This document shows positions 37,772-52,363 of a stretch of DNA of 64,000 bases, piece after piece. The position numbers and the translations under genes were made by a program. The first letter of the stretch is position 1, and the number at the start of each line of letters is the position of its first letter. The notes under the pieces were generated by a model, which was not told where the DNA came from, ran no database searches, and worked only from the letters and a program-made list of their open reading frames with translations. Source of the stretch: Ophelia neglecta (lineage: Eukaryota); contig OZ260665.1 of the NCBI GenBank assembly GCA_965285935.1, positions 64,728,001 through 64,792,000 on the forward strand, read 5' to 3'.

Positions 37772-39940
37772 CAGCTTTGCTAATAATTTGTTCACAAGAA
37801 GACGCAAAAGAGAGCGAGTTATTAAAATCAGTCAGTAATAGTCAGCAAAAAAACACTAATTAGGCCTAATTCGTGTAGCACATTTTAATACATGTTTTAC
37901 CAGATTCAGCGTGAGCGCGAACGCATCTAAAGAGAGCATACATGTAGTCCTATTAATGTCTACTTAGGCCTATACTTTATGTCGCAAGTAAATGATGAAT
38001 GTTAAAATTAGATTCAAGCGATAAATGGTTTGCGCCTTCCGATTTCATCATGTATGCTTACTCTTTACAATTAAACTATACCGTCTGCCTTCACACCAGT
38101 ATGCATATATGCGCTCTAATGTACAATCTCGTAATGATTATAACCAGACCTATATGAATTACAAAATATATCATATTGATATTGACATATTTATGTGAGT
38201 ATAAGCCACATTATAGTTTAGCAAACAAGAGACCCACCAAATGTTAGGTAACTGGGGGTCAGGGCGAGGGCTGAGTGGTTAGAAATGTTTTGAAGAATAA
38301 GAAGGCTAAATTTGGAGTAAGTAAATAGTTGGAGAGAAAAAAAAAAGTTGCTAAAGAAAGGTGTCAATTTGGACCAAATTTAGTAAAAAATAGTTCTGCT
38401 TTTACAAACCAAAATGTTGTTCTGACGAAAAATATTTATCAAAAATGTTGTTAGAAATTAGTCTTCTATCTGCCTCCTAGCCATCTCGTGCTAGGTCCCT
38501 AAGGAATTATTGGGTCTAGTTCTTATTCGCGTCTGTTGAGACTGTGCATTAACTATAGGACAGATAATTTTAATTCCAGGGTACATTTTATTGCTATTAC
38601 TTATCCTAAATATTTCCAAAGTTTTATATACATATACACATATATTTCGTTGACACTTTCTTTTATTGAAGAATTAAATTTAAAGAAAAAACATTGAATC
38701 AATTAGAAGGCGCAACTTAACCCGTAGGATATAGGAAAAAGGTTTATGCTCAGAACGACTGTCTTTAAATTAATTGGGAATGTACATACCCTCCCCTGCC
38801 CCCCCCCCCCCCACGCCGCCCCTCTCCTCGCCACCAAACACGTACAGACTGATTCAAGCAAGTTGCGGTATGAAGAAGTTTGGTGAACTGCTCACGGCCG
38901 AGTTCACCTGACTTTCAAACAGATTCATGCGCTGTTCAGCTGCAGGCAGGTGGATTGCTTGTACACGCGTCTACAGTAAACCGCATGGTTCTGTTAGACA
39001 TTTATATTTCTGCTGCACAGACCATTGAGATCGGCCGTCTTGCCTGTTACAAGCCGCTACCTGGTACCACGAGGTTTGTATATTTCCGTCTAATATTTCG
39101 TTTCATATAAACCTTAAATAATTAAACATCATGTACATTTTTTGAAGCTGCTTTTTGATAATAAGGAAATCATTAACTAGATAGAAATAAGTTCATTGTT
39201 GTTTATTTTCAATTCTCATTGGTTTTAGTTTAATAACTATATACAGAATGGTTCTAAGCCATGGAACGGAAAAGTAGGCATACCTCTACAGTCATGTGTA
39301 TGTTATAGCAATGCAATTTATTACTTGTTATAAATTAGTAAGTCCAGCATTTCAACGTGAACTGATATACTTATTAATTCATTGTATTGAAATTTTAGGA
39401 AAGAAAGTAACTTGTTTTCGTTCTACCCCCGTCCCTTTATGTGTTATAACCTTTGGCCACATTCAATATTTCCCACCTGTGTCTTCGAGAAGGCAACTGC
39501 GTCACGTAGCTCTATGTGAGTTCGGGACTCCTTTTCAATTTGTTCCTGCTCAAGCTATGAATCCATTTCAAAGTAATTGATTGTATCGATGAACAGTGAT
39601 TACCCATTTAAACTTTATAAGCCTATATATTCATTTATATATAAAGTCACATAATTTGTTTTAATGTGATGTGATTGGCCTTCGATGTAAAAATTTTAAA
39701 TAGTCTATTTCTTCGTCCAAGGAGTCTTCTTGTTGATGGCCATTCATTCTGCAGGAAAAGCTCTCATTTCACACGAGTACCTTTATACATGGGCGTGTAT
39801 TATAGAAATGTTTGGGCTTTGTACGTGTTATTGCTGACTACAAATGAACTTTTATTTATTGTCTCTAAAATTGAATAATTGCTCTTTCTCTGCTAGGCGT
39901 TGGTATAAATCTGATTCCGTTTATAGAAGCCTGATTAGTG

Positions 39941-42900
39941 ATGAATGTCACGTGTTTGATCTTTCTGGGCCTAGTGGCACTGGCAAGGTAAGCAAGTTAT
40001 CAAACTTTGAATCAATAATCATAAACTTAATCGGGGAAAAATCAATGATCTTTTAGATATATCCAAAGAACGTAATCAGTAAATGGCGATTATAGTCGAT
40101 TTAAACTTGATCTATTCGACATTCAGTACGGCCTCTCTCTATAGTAAGTTGAATGTTGTGAAATTTGCAAGTTGATAAACGCAATCCAGACCCTGCCCTT
40201 ACATGTAGTTGTTCATTCATACCTTCGACAAGATGATTTGTGCACTTGACTAGCTTATTATTATGGAAATGATACATCTAACTTGTACAGTATTATTTCG
40301 ACTTTTTCACTTTAAAAGACAACATTGATATAAAATCTGATTACGGAATACATGGCAAAATTAAAGTTATTTTAACACCCTTAGCTCTATGTCTGTGTAC
40401 AACAAAGCCAAGGATATCGAAGAAAATAAGTTTGTTCTAGGGAAGATGAGAAGAGGAATCGTGCCTACAAAGGTAAGAAACTGATACAACTTGTGTCCAA
40501 AATAAATCTTCGCATTGTTAACGTGTCGGAATGCTATCCAGCAAACATGATCCAAAGGTAGTGGAGTCTGATTAAAACTATGTAGTCTAACATAGATGTA
40601 ACTGTATAGACATATTTAATGAAATGAATATTTATTAGAGACCTTTTTCAAATAATTCTTGTGTATGAGTGGTTAAAGTACCCTGTTCATAGACGGCATT
40701 TAAATTACTGGCCATGATCACCCGCTATAACCACTGTGAGCAGGGCTCTGGTAATAGCCAACTACTTTGAATTTGTCTCAGCCTCTCACTTTTTCCCGTG
40801 GATGGATGGCAGCAGGGAGTGAATATTGGAGACTTCAACACATGACACTATATATAAGCCTAAAATTAATGTTATTTATAAGATTGCCATTGATGTGCCC
40901 ATTCGGTATCCTATATATAGAAAGCAGACGACATTAATCAGTAAGAGTACTCCAATTCAATTGAGATTTTACCAATGAGTTTTTTTCAGATTGCGAAAAA
41001 TATGACCAATATGTCCGTGGAAAGTAAGACGAGTAAGATGGTCTCTACCAAAGGATGGGCAGATGGTACGCATAAACCTTATTTGTATTAACAGAAAAAA
41101 AACACCGCAACAACATCGACTCCCATTAATAAATTCTGATAAAAAAACTACCTTATGTTAGAATAACTTTATTTTAAGTGATTTTCTGAGGAAGATTGGC
41201 GTAAATAGGTTAATTGAATTAAATGCACCGTTTCACTACTTAGAACCAGGATGCAATCGATATGTGGCGGTCTTTGAAATTGAATCGGAATTTACTTCTC
41301 CAAGATACCCACGGAATTATCCTAATTCTGCCCACTGTGAATATTTGATACAGGCCCCTGCTGGCAAAGTAAGTGTTTTTAACTGTCATCATCAATCAGA
41401 GAGACCTATATAATTAGCGAAGTATTCGTTGGATACATAAATTGTATTAGATTTCACAGATTTTAGTGATTGCCCCAGTGTTTGCATTTAATTAATAAAT
41501 ACGGCATTCAATAATTATGAAATATATTAGATCCATATCACCTTGAAGTTAATTTAAGGTAATTTATAATTATCCAAACCATTTTGCATTTGAATTAAAT
41601 CATGTTACAAATTGCCATTGTTGTATTATAATCACATTTCATTACAATTTTATTATATTATATTTTTTTTCGGGTGACCGTCAATATCAATCATTAGACT
41701 GTCATATTATGTAAGAATTGATTCGGCGGGGCTTCAGACAATGTGCCCATGTGCACCTGAAATATCAAAGTTCATTGGTTAATAGATCCACAGTGACAAT
41801 ATATGAAATAAACCTTTGCAGTCGGTGCAGTTGTCCATCCTGGAGTGTGATATAGAACACCAGATGGATTGTAGCTGGGATTCACTCTGTATTTACGACG
41901 GATCAGATGAGATGGCATCCCAGGTGGTTTGTTATTGTGGGGAAATAGACGATCTAGTATTGGTCAGCGAGTCCTCGGCGCTTTTTGTCGTTTTTCATTC
42001 CGACATCAGTGAACGTCATCGTGGCTTTAAGGCAACATGGACCTTCATTGACACGCAAAGTAAGTTTTGGACATTTAATCGATAAAAAGTTGTTTATAAG
42101 AAATTCTTAAATAAGTTTGGACTGCTCAGCCATTTAGAGCGGGCATGCTTGAATTAGGCCTTGTTTAAAATACATTCAAAGGAGAAATAATTCGCGATCA
42201 TCAATGACACTTAAAAAGAAGAGAGGTAAACAGATCATCTTTAATGTAGAAAGTATATATAATGGCAAATGTGTGCACGCTTTGAAATATTACTATAAAC
42301 TATTATTATTAATATTATAAGTAGGGGGACTAAAAATGTGTTTATGGGGGGGGGGGGGGCATTTAGGGACATAGTTTGTTTAGTAGCATTTCTATTTATG
42401 TGCTGTTTGGGAGCTGGGGATTTATATATGTGGGCCTGTGGTTTCTGATGAGTTCGGACCGATCTAACTTACTATTGTTTTTGCCTTTCCTGCCAGTTAT
42501 CCACTCCCGTTTTTTGCCTTCCCTTGTGACCTTGATGCTCTTGCCCACACTTGACTGCTGTCCATTCTATTTGACATTAAACTTAACAGACTTTTTAATT
42601 TGTTGTACAAAATAATCAGCGATGTTGTCTGCAGCCTATGCCCCTCTCCTCTCATCCTTACAGTAAACAAAATGATATACTAATATTTCTACCTTTTGCT
42701 TTCAGCTACAAGTCACAATGACCAAGGGTCTGGTTCTAACTATTTTGGCAACTACGACTATTCTGGCGATTTTGATTATTCTGGCGACTATGAATATTCT
42801 GGTAACTATGTCGACTTCACTCCTGCACCCCCTTGTGACCAGACACTTAGCGGCCAGTCTGGTATTTTCACGAGCCCAAAGGAACAAGGCAGCAATCATT

Positions 42901-45900
42901 ATCCTAACAATGCACACTGTGTCTTCAGCATCACTGTAGCCGAAGGAAAGGTGATATAAATTAATATTCATTTATTGACCCAATTTACGAACAAACTAGT
43001 TGTCAGTATATGATCCCTATGGGGTTAATGTTGCAGGTGGCATTGTCAAGCCTGGCACTTTACCAGATATATTCCATGGAGATTGTAATAACAACTCTTA
43101 AAAATGCGGAGAAGATTATTTATAAAATTCAACTAAGTTTGCCTAATTGTCAAGTTCATTGACTAAAAAGCATTTCCATAGCGGAAAACGAAGCAAGATG
43201 TGCATGCTTTTTAAGGCAATAGTATGAATCGATTTCTAACTGATCCGACGGAGAAGTTACATAGTTTGTCCAAAGTTTTTGCCGTAATACTAATTGAATA
43301 ATTTGGCACAGGTCCAGGAAAAATATACATATGGTAAGTGCTATGTAAGAGTTCCTAATGCCTTGTAAAGGGAAACACTACTACCCGTAATGGGAACCAC
43401 TACTGACCCTCAAGGGAAACACCACTGTCCATCACGGGAAACACCACTGTCCCTCACGGGAAACACCACTGTCCCTCACGGGAAACACCACTGTCCCTCA
43501 CGGGAAACACCACTGTCCCTCACGGGAAACAACACTGTCCCTCACGGGAAACACCACTGTCCCTCACGGGAAACACCACTGTCCCTCACGGGAAACACCA
43601 CTGTCCCACACGGAAAACACCACTGTCCCTCACCGGAGACACCAGTGTCACTCATCAGAAACACCACTGTCACTCACCGGAAACACCACTGTCCCTCACA
43701 AGAAACACCACTGTCCCTCACGGGAAACACCACTGTCCCTCGAGGGAAACAACACTGCCTCTTAGAAAAAAAACCAGCTATTCCTCAAGGGAACCTCACT
43801 GCCACTCTTGCCACATCTGCACCTTCTTCCCTTTTTTTGGTGTGCGCACTTTGATCAGGTAAAAATATATCTGCTTTGTTTTGTTTGTGATGCCCATACG
43901 AAACTTTTTCGCTTTTGAATTGAGAATTAATTCTATCGCACTGCATTGCTCAATGCTTTGAAATTCACTTGTGATGTAGATCTATTGTTTGCTTACATGT
44001 AATTATTTGCCACCAAAATCAGACATTCACGCTTGACCAAATTTGAAGTATTGAGATACTATTCGACGCCAGACCATTCTTAAAAAAATACTGGTCTTGT
44101 CGTCCTAGTCATTTCTATACTACTGTGAATGGCCAAGTGGCTCTTATTAACAAGACAAGCGCGTCGAAATATTACAATAATAATAACAATTATAATAAAT
44201 AATTGTTTAAAAAAAGTATATGGATGATGTTCCCAAATATCGTTAGACTTTCAGGTAGTAAAAGCATAGAAGGATATTTTTAACTCTTAATGTAGCTAAC
44301 TACTCGAAAATCGAAACGGCTAGATTCTTATCATAATTTGCCTTGTTTGTCACCTTCATAAAAGGAAAAAAATGGAATAGAAGGTAACGAGCTTTTTGAG
44401 GGATAAAGTTTTAAGATAGTAATAGTAGGAAACAGGCAGTCTTGACTGCTATAATAGACATGCAAGAGATAGAAAAGATGTTTCCTAAACATGTTCCCAA
44501 TATTTTATTGCTGTTTCGGTGACTTTTCCAAATTAAATGTTTCTTTCATTATTTACAGAGAGTTCACTTGCGTTTTGAGAATTTTCACCTAGAGTTTGAG
44601 GAATTCTGTAGCTTTGACCGTGTTGAAATCCATGATGGGCTGGGTGAAAATAATACCCCTGTGGTTGGCCAAGTACAGTGTGGCCTATTTGCTCCCGCTG
44701 ATACAACCAGCAGCGGGCGGTCAGTCAGTTTGGTGTTCATCTCTGACCATTCCATTACAGGCACTGGATTCACGGTATGTATAGGGCATTTCGTAAAGTA
44801 TTTTAAGCACACCGATTTCAACAATTACAATGAACACATAACTTTCGGAAAAGGCTTTCTGGTGCTCCTTGTCTCATTCTAGATATTCTGTTCTGGCCTG
44901 AATATGTTCCTGCTTATAAGAAATTATAAATTGTAGAAATTTATAATGAAAATATTCAAAATTTCCTTTAATGTCCACAATAATTATTACTGTTGAATAT
45001 TACACTTTTGGCTAAAATTTTATTAAAGGAAATGTTTATAATATTTTTATAAATTGACGAGTTTCTTATACACGGATGGTACATATACAAATTAATGATT
45101 TCCCTTGCTATATCTAGGTACATTGGACTGCAGTTGGGAATGCAAACGCTCCTGCACCCCAACTACCGGTCCCCTCTCCCGCCTCGCCTAGCCCTCCAGG
45201 GACACCATCTTGTGGGGTTCCTGCCATCCAAGCGCGTTTCCGTATTGTCGGTGGCGTTGTAGCAGAGGCCCACTCGTGGCCCTGGCAAATCTCTCTGCGG
45301 CACCATAACCGTCACATCTGTGGTGGTAGCATTATCTCCAATGACTGGGTAGTCACCGCGGCTCACTGTGTGTAAGTCTAGGCTATATGGAATCTCTGTA
45401 GTCCGTTGACTACTAAAAAACAGAATAATTTTAAAGTGATGTATACTAGTTTAACTGAAGAAATACTCCTTTTAAAACGTCTACTCATATTGCATGTACT
45501 TTGGAGTTCTGAACAGGCGTGGTTTTATTTCCAGGGATGGTAATCCTGACCCCAATAACTTTAAGGTAAGGATTGGGGAACATGACTTTAACAGTGATGA
45601 GGCTTCACAACAGGATATACAGGTACTCGTATCGCTTTTAATACCAGAAAAACACTTGTAGATAATTCAAATATGTTGACATATTAAATGGAAAATGTTA
45701 TTTAAGAATTGCCTGTAAATGACCATTATGAATTTAGATATAAAGACCATATTGATCTCTATGATACATTAAAATAGTACTGTTACTAACCGTCGTATAA
45801 ATCAATGGCAATTTATATTCATACAATACAGGTTTTGCATAAAAGTTGTATTAAAAATCATAGTTCAACCTCGTTCTTATTGATATACAAAATATGCATA

Positions 45901-47433
45901 TATGTACGCATTATCGTATTATGATAAATGTTGATTGTATATAGGTAAATCTGATAGTTGCCCACGAGAGATACAACAGCAATACGATGGACAATGATGT
46001 GGCGGTTTTGAAACTGGCTACCCCAATCACATTCACGGACAAGGTCAGCCCAGTGTGTTTGGCCGCCGCTGACGCCCAAGAGCGCCTTTTGTGTACTACT
46101 ACCGGCTGGGGAACCACCTTAGGTGAGGGAACTTCTTTCAAATCCTTTATAACAAATCTTTATATTTTAAATATAGATAGGACTGAAACTAATATTTTTA
46201 AAAAGAACTCCTGTTAACATCATTTACACCTATGTCTGTAGTGGACATCTTTACATGCAAGTTAATATTTCAGACATCCTGTAATTTGCTTTTTTTTTTT
46301 GCAGGAACTGGGAATGGCAATATTCTGCAGCAGGTTAATGTGCCAATCATTGCCCTGAATACGTGCAACTCCATGTATGAAGGGCGGATCACCAATACCA
46401 TGCTGTGTGCTGGATTCCCGGAAGGAGGGAAGGACTCCTGCCAGGTTAGAACCGAATTTAATTTAAACAAATGATCTATGGTTACCAAGTCCAAATCAAA
46501 TTCAGAAACATTAGTTTTGCTTAGAGCAATCAAACCTACTATTTAACTTATATGCAATCCCTACAACGTGGTGACAATATATATCTAAACTTCTTTAGAA
46601 TTTATGTCCAAACATGCACTGTAGATAATGAAACAAAAACCAGAGTATCTTTTAGACTTCATAATTATAAGTGATAACATTAACAAAGGTCTCCAGGCAC
46701 AGTGGCGGATTGAGGGGGTTGGTGGGAACGGGCACATCTTTTTTCAAAAAGTGAGCCCGGACCAGGGCATGTTTCTGGCCCCAAGCGGGGTGGATTCAGA
46801 GGGTTGGTAACGGGGACTATTCAGGCATTTGCCTTGTGTGCATGTGTAAAAAAATAACCTTTTTCTTGAGATGTAAACTGGATAAATTCAGTTTGTATCC
46901 GTACGATTACAGGGTTTAAATTTTGTAATCTACTTGCATATGATATAATTTCATTATCCGTAAAGTGTTCTGGACTTCCACATACATAAATTATAAAAAT
47001 ACCTATACATTTATAGGGAGATTCTGGTGGACCATTAGTATGTCGTAACCCTGCAGGCACGCACTATTCCTTGTACGGGATTACAAGCTGGGGATTTGGC
47101 TGTGCCGAAGCCAATGCCCCCGGAATCTATTCTCGTGTTTCCCGTCTCACTGGCTGGATAGAAGCCAAAACCGGAGGTGAGACTACTAATACAACCACCT
47201 TATTGGCAATTTATGATCCATTAATCGTCTCCTGTAACAATCCATATCCCTCAAAGTAAATGGTCGAAAAATATTAATTAGTGTACAGTACAAAGATATA
47301 CATGGTGTTCGTGTGCCTAAACACATTTCATTCTTGTGCTGTGTGATAACATCTTTGATACTACTCATAACATTATTTCTTGATACTTAGTCAATCACGT
47401 AATTGAAATTTTACAGTGAGTCCACAACCATAG
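39941..47433 (+). CDS. Secreted CUB-CUB-trypsin-like serine protease, paralog 2, 623 aa; exons 39941-39987, 40385-40472, 40990-41065, 41244-41368, 41822-42059, 42706-42950, 44559-44774, 45118-45371, 45535-45622, 45945-46122, 46305-46444, 47017-47176, 47417-47433
   Basis: Signal peptide [17 protein letters not shown]; two CUB domains; ARFR|IVGG; TAAHC / NDVAV / GDSGG; S1 Asp (GGKDSCQ). Same 13-exon phase pattern as paralog 1, with exons 5, 7, 12 and 13 of identical length. AATAAA at about 47614. Confidence 0.92.
43370..43760. repeat. 22-bp minisatellite (CCCTCACGGGAAACACCACTGT), about 17 copies, intronic
   Basis: Head-to-tail units, homogeneous in the centre and degenerate at the edges, with no spacers. 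Confidence 0.95.
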
Positions 47434-48162
47434 TTAGCCAGACAAACGAGTCCGTTCTATGCCCTACTGGCCGAGATGACTTGGTTAAACTCTACTCCGT
47501 CTAATAATGATAAAATGGGCCTGGTTTCTACTGATACAGAGATATGTTTTATTTATTGTTTGCATTTCGTAAAAAAATATTTACCGTTTTCTGTTTGTTA
47601 GTCACATCATCAAAATAAAAGTCTGATTGTGTGAAAAAAAGTTTGAGAATTGGTCTTGCTTAATGTGCACATTTAAAAGTACTATGATCACCACCAAATA
47701 ATTAGAGGGGAAGAATTAGAACTAATTCTCACTTTAACGAGGCATTATGTTTGTCGTAGGAACCTTCACGATGGTTTTCAATATCTACCGGGGTAAACCT
47801 GCTACTTGTTTACCAAGAATACATTTTCGTAATCCGGCTACCGTAATGAAGCGTTGCAGACCTTCTGAAAAAAATCATTTTCAATTTTTCGTGGACTGTA
47901 ATACTTGGATACCTGTGAATAATACTTTGATCGATTTGGTTATTTTCTAACCATTTAAAATGTTCTCCTGAAATTGCATAGTTTAGACCAGTAGAAGGCC
48001 CACAGCAGTATATTTTAGCCAAGCACATAAATATGATTGGGGCTTTTTTATTGCTTTTTTGCTTAAATATTGTTTTCCTACACCATGAAAAGAATGCATT
48101 TCAGAAGTTGAAATGTAAACTGTAGCATACACAAGGAACAACTAAAGGATAACTAAAATCGA

Positions 48163-48370
48163 ATAAGTTGTAAATGACCACACTTGCATGGACTTCTCTT
48201 CTAGAAGTAGTTGTAAATGCAAATGGATTTATCTTCTAGAAGTAGTGGTAAAGGAAATACCCTTGGATTTCTCTCTTCTAAAAGTAGTTGTAAAAATGCC
48301 CATGGAGTTCCTTCTCTAAAAGTAGTTGTAAATCTCCATGGATTTCCCTTCTAATTTCCTGAAGTAGTGT
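48163..48370. repeat. Degenerate 35-43-bp tandem repeat (TAGAAGTAGTTGTAAA...CATGGATTT..CTTC), 5-6 units
   Basis: AAGTAGTTGTAAA and ATGGA motifs recur at near-regular spacing. Confidence 0.75.
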
Positions 48371-51300
48371 GGAAGCAATTATGCCATCTAATGCATCTAT
48401 AAAGCAATCATGAATAAGGAATTCCTGATCAGTAGCCCAAGCATTATAATTATTTTAAACAAAAAATCTTATCAAAAGTGAATATATTTGATAGAAATTG
48501 ACGTAAACTGCATTTCGCTTCTGTCGGAGAAAAAAATAATTAAATTTCATTATCCAAGAATTTGAGTAAATTTGTCAATTTGGAATTTGTTTGCTCAAAG
48601 TTCAATGTTTATTTATTCGTATTTACAGACTCCTCTAACGTGTGTACATGTACCAGAGAGAGGCAGTAAGGAATAATAATAATCTCCACCTGTAATTTCT
48701 CACTCTGCTTTTGTCATAGAGAGCCAATAGTCGGACGACGATTAAATGGAAAAATGCATCGTTTTTCAGGTTTTTTGTTCCGGTTTATTTGGCTAATATT
48801 TGCTGGTGATGCTTGGGATGTATGTTCTCCGGCCCGGGGGAGGGGATTGAGGGGAGGGGGGTCCGCACTAAACTAGTATACCCCCTAATGATGCGGGCGG
48901 TGGGCTAGGGGTATGTCCTACTGTCGAGGTCGGGTCTTTTTAATTGACCGTTACCCGGGAATTGTATAACTAATTTATCGAGACTCGGAAATGGCATTTC
49001 ACCGTTGTTCGGGAACCAGTATTTTCATTTATAGTAACCTGGGAATGTTGTCTTTAATTTCCCGTTCATTGGGATTCGCTCTTTCAATGTATCGGGATGT
49101 GGGATTTAGCTTATTCCTTATGATAAGAATATTCTAAAGTTTAAATGTTCATGAGTCGGGATGTGCCCCTTAACCCCTCAACAGTCTTAAAAGGTTTATG
49201 CGCACTAATGCGCACGCCGAAATAGTCTTTGAAAATAGAACTTAATCTGTAAAGTGGGTGTTTCTCCACAAAAAACCCGGTTTTTCAACAACCGGACTTT
49301 GCCAGAAAAAAGTCGGTTTTGTTGTATAAATCCTTTTAATGTGTAGGAGAACAACTACAATAGTTATCCGTACTATGGAAAAAAAATCACCATGCTTTGT
49401 TCTCTCAAAATGTTGTGGTGTAATGTTGATTTTGAAGCAATAATCCTAGTATATTAACTTCCATAAATTTTAACTTAAACGTGTTTTATTTTGATCATTA
49501 TTACCATTACTCTCTGGTGGCTTGCTCCCAGGTTAGCGACTCCCGCCACTATAACCCGAGGAGATTCAGCTTCACCGCTAAGCTTCACGCGTGAATTCAC
49601 ACATAGGTAATAGCAACTCGGGTTGCAGCAGCCTCACCCACAGTTGCCGAACAAGCGTTGTAGGAAAAAGGACTATTGCAGACCGTTCCGTTGATAATAT
49701 ATACCAGGATCGGACGATTTGGATACCGCTGGGGTCTTTCAATGTATTGAACATCCTGCAAAATGCGTGTTTTCACGGGATAACAATTAATGGATAGCTG
49801 AGGGAAGATACAGCCACAGCTTTTCTAAGGCCTCTTGTGATGAACTCGGACACACAGGCTCGGAGCTTTACAATAGCATCCCGTTTCTTGGACGCTGAAG
49901 ACACTTTTCTATTCATCGACGACATCAAAACTTAGTTTGGGAGCTCTGAAATCAATGGTAGGTGTGATAAATTGTGACACTTCAGCTTAAATAGAAGCAC
50001 CATTAACATACATTCAAACACTAAGCACCTAAAAAGAATTTATATAACAAAAAATGAGTCTTCAATTGACCACATCCACAACCACTCGCGGCAATGTCTC
50101 CCAAACTTGAAATATCACCCCCTCCCCATATTCTTTACACAAACGTTTATATGTTTTGAAGTGTTTATCTGTCTTTGCATGGACACCTGTGAGTATCCAA
50201 GACATTTATGAATAATCATGTTGCTGGTATCATCACTGAATAAGCTTTATTATTTAAGTTTCAAATGACCAATTATCTGCGACTGTGGGAAATATTTGAG
50301 TGTTTTGGAGTATAAATTGTGTGCCTTAGATCCCAGCTGAATGATTTACAATTCAAACCACACCAACAATGGAAATGTGGATTCCTACCTGGTTTGGATT
50401 GACCCAACTCTATTCAATAAAAACTAAATAATCATAAAAAAAAGTGATGGAAATTAAGGTAAAAATGGTGCTAGCTAACTTGGCTCTTAGCTTCAGCAAA
50501 GTAGTGGGACAACCACCTGGGCCAATGTGTCTAAGAGAACTATGAGCCCAACTCCAGCATCATTAGCCATTGGCCAATGGGTGAGTGAATTCCAACGTTC
50601 ATCACTCTAATGAATAATTGTGCCAATTAAAATTAGATTAATTCAACCCACACCTTTTAGTTCAAGCCACACCCATTTCAGGTATATTTTTATTGTTGAC
50701 TAATAGAGTGGGAATGATGGCTAGGAATCCCATATAAATAAGAGTTTATCATTCTTTTCTAAGTCTCTATGTTGTATAGAAAAACTGACACACATTGTAT
50801 AATATTTTTTGACAAAAGCCTGGGTTAAGCCAGGGCTAAATTGCCTAAACAGACACAATCAATGCATCATTCCTGTAACAATTACTTGATTTAAAACAAG
50901 ACATGTTTTTTTCACAAATGTGGGCTAGAACAGGTACATCTTTGAAATTGATCCATGTGTGATTTCACAGTCTATATTGGTGTATCTTTAACTGCTCTTG
51001 TTTTTCTGAGGGGTTGCGTGAGAATGTGTTTTAATTTATGTCACTTTTGACTAACATCCCTTCAATAGAACTCATATCATGTTTGCACTGCCCACGTTTA
51101 TCTGTGATAACTGCGATTGTCACATGCAAAATGTTGATATGCTCCCTCCAGGTGACAAATAGTGTATATACTAATAGTTAAAACAACCATGCACATATAT
51201 AAATACACCTAATATACCTGGACATATGAATCATCATTTTATATGGACTCCTATTTGTAGAATTTATTTGTTCTGCATGACACAGTTTATTCAATATGTT

Positions 51301-52363
51301 TACATTAGCACAGATAAAGAAATTATTGTACTAATTATACTGTATAATCATAGATACCACAACCAAATTAAATATTAAACAGATAGTAAAGTTCTGACAA
51401 ATCCATTCTATGAGTAACCTTTTATCTATTTTGAAGCCAACCTCTGCCTCAGAAATTTGCAATTTTGAGGTGGGTGGAGAAAGTATTTATGCAATATTCA
51501 TTGAGCAATACTAATTTTTCCAGACATCAGAACGTTCCAGCTTTCATTGGTCACTGATTATTTTGAAAGGCAAGTCTAATTTTCTTTTCATCATTTGATA
51601 CAGGATGTTGGTGGAGAATAGTCTGAAAGTTTTTTATATGGCCAGTATGTAAGGTGAATGACCAGCGCACAATTGGTATCCATATTTAATGTACCTTGCC
51701 AGTGTTATTACAATATAATGCATTATTATTAAATAATATAATGTCATCTTCAGTGCCTGAAAAGTGAAAACTGGGTTAATGTTGTTTTCAGGTTTCTCTC
51801 AGGGAAATCAAATTCACTCACTTGTATAATGAAAAGTGATATGTATTACCTCACAACTTGTGTTTAGGAATGCTTTTAGTTGGTTTGTTTTGTCACCTGC
51901 TATTTACCAGAGTACACTATAGCTCTGAAATATTTCAAAGGCACTTTGAACCTGTCATTCAAAATGTCTCTAATGATGGGAAGTTTAGAAAACCATGTGT
52001 TTGTAAATCAGCTATGTTCACCGTGTAATTTCAAAAGGCAGATTGGTAAACATATACTTGTATTGGTGGGAATCTCGCAAAATTCTAACATAAATCTCCC
52101 ACTTTCCTTTAAGTAATAAATTTGAGGTAATTCCTGCATGTGCTAATAGGGAATGCATTAAACTTTCAGTGTATTTGTCTAATATGTCATATTCTCTGTT
52201 TGAACCATGACAGGCTTTCTCAACCCAGAAGATGATAGACTGTCTCATACTCCCGCCTCACTGCACCCCTCTGATGCCACATTATCTCATATAGTAACAA
52301 ACCCAGCTGGAAATTATCGCCAAGCTAAAAAATTCAAAGAGTAAGGACAATCTCATCAACATT

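Noticed and set aside
43370-43854. 154-aa His/Cys repeat ORF, or a CRISPR-like array
   Set aside because: It is a 22-bp head-to-tail minisatellite with no unique spacers, inside an intron of a eukaryotic gene. The 22-aa periodicity is three DNA units read through the three frames.
49500-50100. CpG-rich stretch resembling a decayed LINE 5' UTR/ORF1 or an exon on the minus strand
   Set aside because: Frames are interrupted, with no recognisable motif or consistent splice pair.
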